A stretch of DNA of 64,000 bases from an uncultured Desulfobacterales bacterium (GTDB lineage Bacteria > Desulfobacterota > Desulfobacteria > Desulfobacterales > B30-G6): positions 6,288-70,287 of the forward strand of contig CAYVMI010000019.1 of assembly GCA_964452555.1 (NCBI GenBank). Direction: 5' to 3'. Of the stretch, positions 53,835 to 62,303 are shown one piece after another; the first letter of the stretch is position 1, and each line of letters opens with the position of its first letter. A program made the position numbers and the translations under genes. Below the pieces are notes generated by a model. The model was not told where the DNA came from, ran no database searches, and was given only the letters and a program-made list of their open reading frames with translations.

Positions 53835-54599
53835 TTAAATTCGACCTTTCAGCTTGTACCAAAACAGCCCCAAATACTCATGAAATGCATAATCCGTGTA
53901 TTTAAGGTGAGTTATGGATGGCAATAGTTTTGCAACCAGTGGATTGTTTCCGACCATGTAATCAGTAGGTGCGGGTATCGGTTTCATTTCCAGTTTCAAG
54001 AAAATTTTTATGGCGCGGGGCATGTGCCCGGCGGAAGTAACTAATATAAATGGCTGTTGGTCTAACATTCCCCTTAAAGCTGTCGCATTTTCAAAGGTGT
54101 TCCTCGATTCATTTTCTATTAGAATTCGGTCCTCCGGCAAACCAAGCGCCAGGAATACATCTCTCATCAATCCGGGAACATCCTCATTCCCGGTTATCAC
54201 GATTGTGGCATGTGTAAATTTGTTCCAAATTCTCATGGCCTCGATTATTCGATATGTCGATGAGGCGTTTCCCACGCTACTGAGTGGAAAATATGGATCC
54301 GGCATGGCATGCCCGGATAAAACCACAATCTTCTCAAAACGTTGAACATTTTCAAAAGAGTGAATGGCCGGATATTTTGACTCCAGCGTTCCGATCACCC
54401 AATACGAAAAGGGCCCATTGCCAAGTGCGATGAACAATAGCGCCCCGGCTCCCCATGCATAAGTCGCGTAACGTCGAAAACGACGCACTGCCAGCAAAAG
54501 AAAACCTGAAATCATGGACAGGCTAATCAGGTTTGAGGGGGTCAGCAAAAATTTGAGAATCTCAATCACCCGGGGATTCTCCAAAAAGTTGGGGGACAT
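53835..54599 (-). CDS. YdcF/ElyC (DUF218) family protein
   Basis: N-terminal TM segments; ILVTSAGHMPRA motif typical of DUF218. The annotated start overlaps the upstream gene by 38 nt, so a later start is possible. Confidence 0.8.
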   Translation of the reverse strand: MSPNFLENPRVIEILKFLLTPSNLISLSMISGFLLLAVRRFRRYATYAWGAGALLFIALGNGPFSYWVIGTLESKYPAIHSFENVQRFEKIVVLSGHAMPDPYFPLSSVGNASSTYRIIEAMRIWNKFTHATIVITGNEDVPGLMRDVFLALGLPEDRILIENESRNTFENATALRGMLDQQPFILVTSAGHMPRAIKIFLKLEMKPIPAPTDYMVGNNPLVAKLLPSITHLKYTDYAFHEYLGLFWYKLKGRI

Positions 54600-55350
54600 G
54601 CTTTTGGGTGAAGGCTGTTAGTACTTCGTAGCCTTTTGAGGAAACATGGGTGCCGTCTTTAGTGGCATATTTCTTTTTACGCATATTTTTCTCGTCTGAC
54701 AAAAGTGTCTGAAAATCAAGCAGCATGAGATTGTTCTGCTCAGCATAATTTTTGAGCCAGTTATTAACAGCAACGACCTGCCGGTTGACATAGTCCTGAT
54801 AGCTCTGCTTTCCTAAAATACGGCCCACCAAACCCATAATTGTCTCCACGAAGGATTTCTCAGGCCTTATGGTCACTTCGCTGGCAAGTATCGTTTCGAT
54901 GCCGGCGTCCCTGGACAATGCTATCATTTTTTCGTAACTTGACTTGATCTTATCAATGGTTGATTCCATATTCTTTCGATTTGATCTATGAATGTCATTA
55001 ATAAAGCCCCAAATAATAACAGCTTCCGGTTGCAGTGACAAAACATCATCCCTGAAGCGGGACAAGAATTCAAAAGATTGCTGACCATCGATGCCTTTGT
55101 TGACCACTTCCATTCCGGCCACGTTTTTCAGGTGCCAAGCATTCACATAGGAGGCACCCATCAATATAATTTTCTTGGTTGATTTTTTTAAGTCGCTCCG
55201 ATGATCTCCCATTTTTTCGGTCGAATTCAGATTACCCTGATCTTGATCTGACCACGCTGAAATGCAGATTATAAGAATCCCTGCGACTGCCAAAACCAAT
55301 CCATACATATATTTTACTATTTGATATTTTTTCATTGGCAAAAATCTCAT
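54562..55350 (-). CDS. SGNH/GDSL-type hydrolase
   Basis: Block I LMGASYV, block V DGTHVS; N-terminal membrane anchor. Confidence 0.8.
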   Translation of the reverse strand: MRFLPMKKYQIVKYMYGLVLAVAGILIICISAWSDQDQGNLNSTEKMGDHRSDLKKSTKKIILMGASYVNAWHLKNVAGMEVVNKGIDGQQSFEFLSRFRDDVLSLQPEAVIIWGFINDIHRSNRKNMESTIDKIKSSYEKMIALSRDAGIETILASEVTIRPEKSFVETIMGLVGRILGKQSYQDYVNRQVVAVNNWLKNYAEQNNLMLLDFQTLLSDEKNMRKKKYATKDGTHVSSKGYEVLTAFTQKHVPQLFGESPGD

Positions 55351-55689
55351 TCACAAATAGATTGAAATTGCACGGGCGGTGCTGCCCGGAGGTTGAATAC
55401 TATTTTATATTTAGGCAAATTCGGAGAGTTGCCGGCAATTGGGATATTAAACCCCGATTTCCTGAATGGATATTTCTACATTTAGATCGGTTTCCAAACC
55501 CTCTTGTCTGCCCACTCCAAATACGGCAAATTAAGGGTTTCGATGAGGTTCTCTTATCTTTTTCTGGTGTCATTCGGTGCGGCACACACTGTCAGTGCCT
55601 TTCCACCGAATATGGTCGAGCCAGCTGCAAGTCCGGCTTTATATTTAATAACCTGCCTCCGAGTTATTACACGCCGACCCCGATATTGC

Positions 55690-56295
55690 TTATTTTTTTG
55701 GGCAGCGTTTTGCGATCTCCGTCACACATTTTTCAATCCTGCGAAAGCATTTTTCGAATACATCGATATGCTTCCCGTAAGGATCCTCGATGTTGTATTT
55801 CTGGTAACCTTTCAGCCGGCTGCCTTCATTATCCAACAGGGCCAGTAAAAAAAACTTTTGTTTATATTCTGGGTAATTATTTCTCATCGCACGAACATGT
55901 TTTGCTTCCATTCCAAATATCATGTCGGCATTTTTGACCATGGCATGATTCAGCTTTTTGGGTTGATGTTCCCTGAGCATAACGTCAAAGTTAGACGCTG
56001 CCATGACCGCATTTTCGGGCGATTTTTCAGCTTGTTTGGCAGTTAAACCAGAGGAGGATATCTTAATTTTCGAGCTGCCGCCCTCGCTGATGATCATCGC
56101 AAGCAGATGGTGTGCAAATGGGCTTCTGCAAATATTGCCCTTGCAAACAAAATGCAATAGTTTCGGGTTGTCAACATATTCGGGATTTTTCAGGAATTTA
56201 CCGTAAATGTTCCAGTATTGATCCCGCAAAAATTCCTTAACCACCTTCCGGTAAATTTTACGCAATAACTTGAATATGCCGTTATCATTAACCAT
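55690..56295 (-). CDS. Low-molecular-weight protein-tyrosine phosphatase
   Basis: VCKGNICRSP (C-x5-R-S) P-loop and EDPYG Asp loop. Confidence 0.88.
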   Translation of the reverse strand: MVNDNGIFKLLRKIYRKVVKEFLRDQYWNIYGKFLKNPEYVDNPKLLHFVCKGNICRSPFAHHLLAMIISEGGSSKIKISSSGLTAKQAEKSPENAVMAASNFDVMLREHQPKKLNHAMVKNADMIFGMEAKHVRAMRNNYPEYKQKFFLLALLDNEGSRLKGYQKYNIEDPYGKHIDVFEKCFRRIEKCVTEIAKRCPKK

Positions 56296-56468
56296 ATCAG
56301 ATCCAGACTATCATTTTTCATAATAATATTCAGCAACTTGGTAGCGCCGGCCAAATAGGTTTACCATGTGAGATTTACTACTTTCATTGTAATTTATTCC
56401 GGTCAAGTCTCTATAATTCAGCAAAATGTTTTCTGACAAACCTCCGACTTAGCCCTAGATTTACCGGG

Positions 56469-57563
56469 TTACTTAAGCCATATTCTTTTTAACTTCAGTA
56501 ATTGGGTGGAGACTAACGATGCTAGTGAAATCATACTTCTTAGCGAGTAAGGAAAAATTAAGATCGTCAAGTACCTGTGCCTGTTTGTTGGCCAGGATGA
56601 TTGCCAAGTTTCCGCTGAGCCCAGAAACTCGTAACGCTTCAGCTTGGATTCGAAGCAGTGTTGTATGGAGGCATGCGTTAATTGAATACCTGGTGAACAG
56701 TGGGAAACCTCATTGTGATAACCCATTTTAAGTATCCACAGTGTCTGTTGCGATTCGATTGCGATGAGCATTGAAACTGGTTTTTCATTGATCTTAAGGA
56801 AAAAAAATCTCAATATTTTGTTCTGAGCAGCGAGTTTGCAATAATTTTGAAAAAAATCTTTAAGCTGCGGATTCTTTAATAGGGAACTACCTTCAACGCC
56901 TTTCCAACTGCTATCTTCTATTTCTATGGACAGGTTAAATAGAAAATCGAAATTTTCCGCCGCGGGTGTAATACATTCAATTGCCAAATCACCGAGTTTT
57001 TCGGCTTTTTTACGCTTTCGTTTTAAATCATAACGCCTGTTGGAAGAAAGCTGTCGCACAAACAGATCCCAGTCTCCCTTTATGTCGATATAGGATGATG
57101 GCGACGTTTTCTTTTTGATTATTAAGGATTTACGTACTTTAATTGACTGGCATAGGGCATTTATATCATCATTCTCCGGTATGCGTAACAAGCTGATCGG
57201 CAATTTCTGGCGGATTGCTATTTCGAGCAAATAGCGTAAAGCATTCTTGTCGTTGTAAATAATCTGGCACGGCTCATAGAGTGATGATGTCCCGATAAGT
57301 TCCAGCCGATCATAACCCTTTTGTTTTTGAACGTAAAAAGGGGCGACCGCCCTGATTTCATTATCTTGTCGTACGATAATTATCCGTAGTTCGTCATTTT
57401 TGTTTATCGTTTTTGCACAGCAATAAAACCAATCAAAACATAGCAAAGGTGATTTGAATCTATAAGCGAGTTGATCCCAATCAAAACGCAGTCTTTTTAG
57501 TTGATTTCCATTATAATGCTCAAAGCTGTAGATAATTTCATGCTTATACATATTAAGTTTCAA
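56469..57563 (-). CDS. CelD/BioF2/FemAB-like GNAT acyltransferase
   Basis: Acetyltransf_6-like architecture. Start is TTG 57563 or ATG 57551. Confidence 0.75.
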   Translation of the reverse strand: MKLNMYKHEIIYSFEHYNGNQLKRLRFDWDQLAYRFKSPLLCFDWFYCCAKTINKNDELRIIIVRQDNEIRAVAPFYVQKQKGYDRLELIGTSSLYEPCQIIYNDKNALRYLLEIAIRQKLPISLLRIPENDDINALCQSIKVRKSLIIKKKTSPSSYIDIKGDWDLFVRQLSSNRRYDLKRKRKKAEKLGDLAIECITPAAENFDFLFNLSIEIEDSSWKGVEGSSLLKNPQLKDFFQNYCKLAAQNKILRFFFLKINEKPVSMLIAIESQQTLWILKMGYHNEVSHCSPGIQLTHASIQHCFESKLKRYEFLGSAETWQSSWPTNRHRYLTILIFPYSLRSMISLASLVSTQLLKLKRIWLK

Positions 57564-57571
57564 ATATAAGC

Positions 57572-58360
57572 CTAGAGGCGATGGTTTGATCGTTTCTGAT
57601 AGATATTATACGATCTATTTGAGGTAATTATATTTAAGGACGCATGATTAAAAAGGTCAGCGCAGGTTGGATTTCGATATAAAATGATAAAGTCAAAAGG
57701 TTGCTGCTTTATGAATCGCATAATTTTTTCGGATACTGATCGCATAACCTTGCCGATAAAAGGGTTATACATAAACAGAACAATATTGTTCTCCGGGAAA
57801 TCATAGTGCTCAACGTCCATGCAGTGTAGTTCGAATTCGTTAGAAGAAGGCAGTGTTCGTTGGTAAGATGCTATATTCTTGATAGCCTTCTCATGCAGTG
57901 ATTTTGAAAATTCTATACCGATCAATTTTTTAAAGGGATACTTGGCAGAATACATCAAGGCTCTACCTTTGCCGGAGCCAAGGTCTATAAAAGTATAATT
58001 GCTAGTATTGTCTACAATCTGCAGAAGATGGTTCATCATTTTAGTAAAAACGTCGAATTGTATTGCCTGATATGGAATGGCGTAATCGGCGTTTCCCGTA
58101 TCAATTTCTTTCAAATACTCAGATTCACCCAACGCGGTCTCAACATCATATTTCCGCTCGAATCGCTCTTCTTTAATCTGGTTGACTTTCCATCTGATAT
58201 GATCGATGGCATCAAGTATAGGCTTCATAACAGCAGTTTTCCATGAATTTATTTCGCACGCCGTGATCTTATCCTCATCCCCGAGCATGTCGAGGGGAAC
58301 CAAAAATCTTATGCCCGAGACAACTACTCGTAATATAGACAGGCTCGGATCTGCGAACAC
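57572..58360 (-). CDS. Class I SAM-dependent methyltransferase
   Basis: FIDLGSGKGRAL motif I. Start uncertain (GTG 58360). Confidence 0.82.
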   Translation of the reverse strand: MFADPSLSILRVVVSGIRFLVPLDMLGDEDKITACEINSWKTAVMKPILDAIDHIRWKVNQIKEERFERKYDVETALGESEYLKEIDTGNADYAIPYQAIQFDVFTKMMNHLLQIVDNTSNYTFIDLGSGKGRALMYSAKYPFKKLIGIEFSKSLHEKAIKNIASYQRTLPSSNEFELHCMDVEHYDFPENNIVLFMYNPFIGKVMRSVSEKIMRFIKQQPFDFIILYRNPTCADLFNHASLNIITSNRSYNIYQKRSNHRL

Positions 58361-58381
58361 GCTGATCCGATTTTCAGCAAA

Positions 58382-59419
58382 CTACATGATCATATGCTTC
58401 AGGCGTCTAAATATTCCAAGAATAAACGGGCTAAATGGGATGTATGCCAACAGCTTCATAATAAGAAGATTATAATTATTGGGCTTGATGTTTTGCTGTT
58501 TCATGGTTTGGATGTTGCGCTTAATTCCATCAATATCCGCCCGCAATAGTTGCAATTTAATGAGGTCGCAATACAGTTTATATTGTTCATTATTAAGTTC
58601 TGCTGAATATTCTTGGCTGAATTCAGGATCTGCCTGCCAGATTCGTTCTATCAGTTTAACCCGTCTCGTTAATATAATTTTACGGTCAATCCTGGTAAGT
58701 CTTACGGCATCTTCATGACTACGGTTGTAGGCGGTCTCCAGGTCAATGTAACCGGCGCCGTGCAATTTGGATAATCGTGCAAAAAATTCCCAATCCCCAC
58801 AGGTTGAGTCTTCCTCATTAAAAACAAGTTTTCCTTTTGTCATCGAGCTTCTATAGAGTGAAGCGCTAGGTAATACTGCCGGGTGAAATAAAGATGAATG
58901 ATAAATATCACCTAAATATACTCGATGCTCGTCGTAGTTATAATTTGAGAATTTATCCGTAAATGATTTTGGCAATTTATGCGAATGGTTAAACAGTTTC
59001 TCCCAGTCGTTTTCATAAGTGTACCATTTGCGAATACCGTTATTTATTATACTACCAGTTGGCTTTAGAATTGCAAAATCAGAATAAACGAAACCAATGT
59101 TTGGGTGGGCATTGAGAACTGCGACTTCAAGATCTAACTTAAATTCCATCCATAGATCATCACTGTCCAATAACGCGATATATTCACCTTTAGCAATTTC
59201 TAAGGCTAAATTTCTGGCTGCATTTACACCCTTATTACTTTGTTTTATGTATTGGATATCTTTTAAATATGGTGCTATTCGATGCTCGGTATCGTCGGTT
59301 GAGCCATCATCAACAACAATTATTTCTTTGTCCTTAAATGTTTGCTTAATTACGGTTTTCAAGGTCTCCACTAAAAGCTTTGCACGGTTGTATGTGGGAA
59401 TAACTACACTTACTTTCAT
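58382..59419 (-). CDS. Glycosyltransferase family 2
   Basis: VVIPTYNR, DDGSTDDT and LDSDD motifs. Confidence 0.9.
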   Translation of the reverse strand: MKVSVVIPTYNRAKLLVETLKTVIKQTFKDKEIIVVDDGSTDDTEHRIAPYLKDIQYIKQSNKGVNAARNLALEIAKGEYIALLDSDDLWMEFKLDLEVAVLNAHPNIGFVYSDFAILKPTGSIINNGIRKWYTYENDWEKLFNHSHKLPKSFTDKFSNYNYDEHRVYLGDIYHSSLFHPAVLPSASLYRSSMTKGKLVFNEEDSTCGDWEFFARLSKLHGAGYIDLETAYNRSHEDAVRLTRIDRKIILTRRVKLIERIWQADPEFSQEYSAELNNEQYKLYCDLIKLQLLRADIDGIKRNIQTMKQQNIKPNNYNLLIMKLLAYIPFSPFILGIFRRLKHMIM

Positions 59420-59734
59420 ATTTCAAAATTCCAGACTAAAAGCATATAAAGAGAAGATTTTAGTGAAATTCTTATGATAAACAATAGCGGAACGGTCGTG
59501 TGGTTTTCGGTCCGATGTACAAGAATGAAGCTGACTATTATCGATCGAACAGTTTCATGGTTATTGAGCCAAGGTTAGGAATTTATCACGATTGGTGACA
59601 ACCGGTCGAGACGGACAAGAAGATATTCCCGCCATAATCGCTAATTATGTAACCCTCACCAAGTTAAACTTAACTGAAGGTAGCGACCTCTGGCTAACTT
59701 AAGCATTGAATACTGATCAATCGCTAAATTTATC

Positions 59735-60853
59735 TTATTTATTTTTTTTTAATTTTCCGAACACCATCCGCATCCACGCAACGGCTTTGGTGTTTCTTTT
59801 TGATAGATTGTATTTCTTTTTATTCTTCCAATATATTGCGCGGTAGTTGGTCCTCACGCGGTTGCACCATCGAAACTTATAGGGTTCGGTCCCGGTTAAA
59901 AAGTCGAAACAGTTGGCACCTTCCTTGATGGATTCTTCGACAACCCTGTTTAAGAGCACCGTGCCTACACGGTATCTGGAATAATCCATATCCCTTCCGG
60001 ATTGATAATAAGAATATTGCTTGTTGTAAAAAAAACAGTAAATGCCTGCAATAGGCCTGTCCGCGTCAAATAACATATATAATCGGAGCCAACCGTTGTT
60101 TAAGAATTGTTCACAAATTTTTCTATGAAATTCTATATATTGTTCATTTTTGAACGCGTTTGAGTTTTTCTTCCAGCGATCATGGTGAAGCTTGATTAAC
60201 TGGCTGTAATGAAATTCCAAATCATCCTGATTGTTGCTTCTGATCAAACTAGGCTCTAACTCTCTATCAATTCTGCGATAATCCTCTTTCATTTTCTTTT
60301 TGAAATTTTTACTTTTGCCGCCATAATATTCCTCCAAAGAAGCGGGAAGATCTGCGATAGGACATTTAGAATCGATATCAATTCGATAGTGGCTAGCTTG
60401 GGAATTTTTGGCAGCATCGCTCATGTACTGCTTTATAACGCCAGAAGAAATTGATCTCAGGTCATAAACTTCACATTTGCTTTTCATTTTGATATAACTA
60501 AAAACTGCTTCATTGACCTGCTTTTCGTACCCCATTTTAATGATGAAATTGAGGTACTCAGGCGTAACGTCTTCTCCAAACCCTATAAATTCTAAGGTTT
60601 TCATCTTCCGAAGAAGATAATGACGCTTATACGTAATTTTTAAGGGGGCAATGCATAACAGAATTCCATCGTTGTCTCTCACGGTTACTAAAAATAAGGA
60701 GTATCGAGAACCATATACCTTCCACCAAGTATAGTTCCATTCCCAGGTAAGGAATATGTTGTTATCCACACTTTCTTGAAGAAGTCTGTTCCATTCTTTC
60801 TTTAAGGCTTTAAATGCGGATGCTTCGCTATAGTGAGTAACCATGAAATTCAT
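59735..60853 (-). CDS. CelD/BioF2/FemAB-like GNAT acyltransferase, second distant paralog
   Basis: Same architecture as 56469-57563 (WNRLL... N-terminus; C-terminal GNAT-like core FDFLTGTEPYKFRW). Confidence 0.75.
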   Translation of the reverse strand: MNFMVTHYSEASAFKALKKEWNRLLQESVDNNIFLTWEWNYTWWKVYGSRYSLFLVTVRDNDGILLCIAPLKITYKRHYLLRKMKTLEFIGFGEDVTPEYLNFIIKMGYEKQVNEAVFSYIKMKSKCEVYDLRSISSGVIKQYMSDAAKNSQASHYRIDIDSKCPIADLPASLEEYYGGKSKNFKKKMKEDYRRIDRELEPSLIRSNNQDDLEFHYSQLIKLHHDRWKKNSNAFKNEQYIEFHRKICEQFLNNGWLRLYMLFDADRPIAGIYCFFYNKQYSYYQSGRDMDYSRYRVGTVLLNRVVEESIKEGANCFDFLTGTEPYKFRWCNRVRTNYRAIYWKNKKKYNLSKRNTKAVAWMRMVFGKLKKNK

Positions 60854-61044
60854 AATTTAAGACAGTCATCTCCTCAATACGTTTTAAATTGTTTAGCGAT
60901 GATGAAGCTGCAAAGGTGGATATGTAGTGCGGAAGTTTTTAAATCAGGAATCTAACTTTGGGAATGATAAACAGGACATTGATCTTGTAATTTTCTCAAT
61001 ATGAATCTGGATATCGGCATTATTCCTTACAATCCAGCCCATCT

Positions 61045-62244
61045 TCAAAGTTTTCGTTCTGTTTTTTGCCAGTCGGTATCCTTTATTCCGATAATGCCTT
61101 TGATTGTCACGAAAACTTTCCATATCAAAAAAGCGGGGATCAATATCGTAAATAGCCATGTTTTCAAGGGAGCCTTTGAAATAATCAGACCATAAACGAA
61201 ATTAGCTAGCTGCATCACAATGAGAACTATGCTCCATATTACTAGGTAATTATTTTCGAAACCAAGCAAAAGCAATAGCAATGCAACCAGCAGCAATAAG
61301 AAGCTCCAGGCAAATAACATAGAGTACGAAGGCAAAGCCAATTCAATCAGGGTGTCTAGTATTCTAAGATCCTTGTCTTTATAAAATTTAGCCAGCAATT
61401 TTCGGTAATATTTCAAGAGAACGTTCAGTCTGCCTTTGAACCATCTTTTTCTTTGAACTTCTCCATGCGCCAGCTTTGTAACAGCATGGGACAGGATAAC
61501 GGCATCTTCTTCATAAGCGACAGTGTACCCATGGATTAATAACTCAACGTAGTATTCCCAATTTTCGGTTATTGAGAAAGCATTCCAACCATAGGCTTCG
61601 ATAATCTTTTTGGAAAAACACATGCCATTACCCATCAGAGGGCATGACAGCCCGACAATGTCTTTGCAGTAATACCGGATTTTAAATTTTAAGAAACCAG
61701 GAATGAGCATTAATTTTGTTAACCAGCTGTCATCCGGGTTCATGATTCCGAAATAAGCTTGGATTGCTTCCGCACCACCATTGAGTTTTTGATTCAGCAT
61801 GTTTAAATAATTCTTGTCCAACATGGTATCAGCATCAATGATGGTAAACGCATCATAAATGTCGGTCTGAATTTGTTTAAAGATCCAGTTTAAAGCATAC
61901 GGCTTTCCTTTTTTGCTGCTTTTTCTAACATAGCACTGGAATCCATTTTCTTTAACAACATTTTCGGTCCCATCGGTACAGTTGTCAGCTATAATCATGA
62001 CATCATATTGCGCTTTGGGATAATCCAGGGTTTTTACACTGCGCAATAGTTCTGCGATTATGCTTTCTTCATTGTGAGCCGGTACAATAATGGCAAACTT
62101 ATTCAGCTTGTCATTCGTTGCTGAATCGCTGCGGCTGCCTTTTCTTACTAACCAGGACCAAACAATAAAAAAATAGTGGTATCCTACAAAAACGCTTATC
62201 AGTGCCAAATTTGCGAAGACGATTAAATACAACACGATGCTCAT
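61045..62244 (-). CDS. Membrane-integrated family 2 glycosyltransferase of the processive synthase type
   Basis: N-terminal TM, IIVPAHNEE, DNCTDGT, IIDADT, QRKRW (QxxRW) and C-terminal TM helices. Confidence 0.88.
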   Translation of the reverse strand: MSIVLYLIVFANLALISVFVGYHYFFIVWSWLVRKGSRSDSATNDKLNKFAIIVPAHNEESIIAELLRSVKTLDYPKAQYDVMIIADNCTDGTENVVKENGFQCYVRKSSKKGKPYALNWIFKQIQTDIYDAFTIIDADTMLDKNYLNMLNQKLNGGAEAIQAYFGIMNPDDSWLTKLMLIPGFLKFKIRYYCKDIVGLSCPLMGNGMCFSKKIIEAYGWNAFSITENWEYYVELLIHGYTVAYEEDAVILSHAVTKLAHGEVQRKRWFKGRLNVLLKYYRKLLAKFYKDKDLRILDTLIELALPSYSMLFAWSFLLLLVALLLLLLGFENNYLVIWSIVLIVMQLANFVYGLIISKAPLKTWLFTILIPAFLIWKVFVTIKGIIGIKDTDWQKTERKL

Positions 62245-62303
62245 ATCTTATGGCCTATTATTCTTTGGTATCGTTGTTCTGTTCCAATGATTTGAATTTC
62301 GCT

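Noticed and set aside
55351-55689. 340-bp gap between the SGNH hydrolase and LMW-PTP genes with a protein-like minus-strand frame (…VIKYKAGLAAGSTIFGGKALTVCAAPNDT…)
   Set aside because: The frame has no start codon and is under 45 codons long. It may be a decayed gene fragment, but it is not supportable as a feature.
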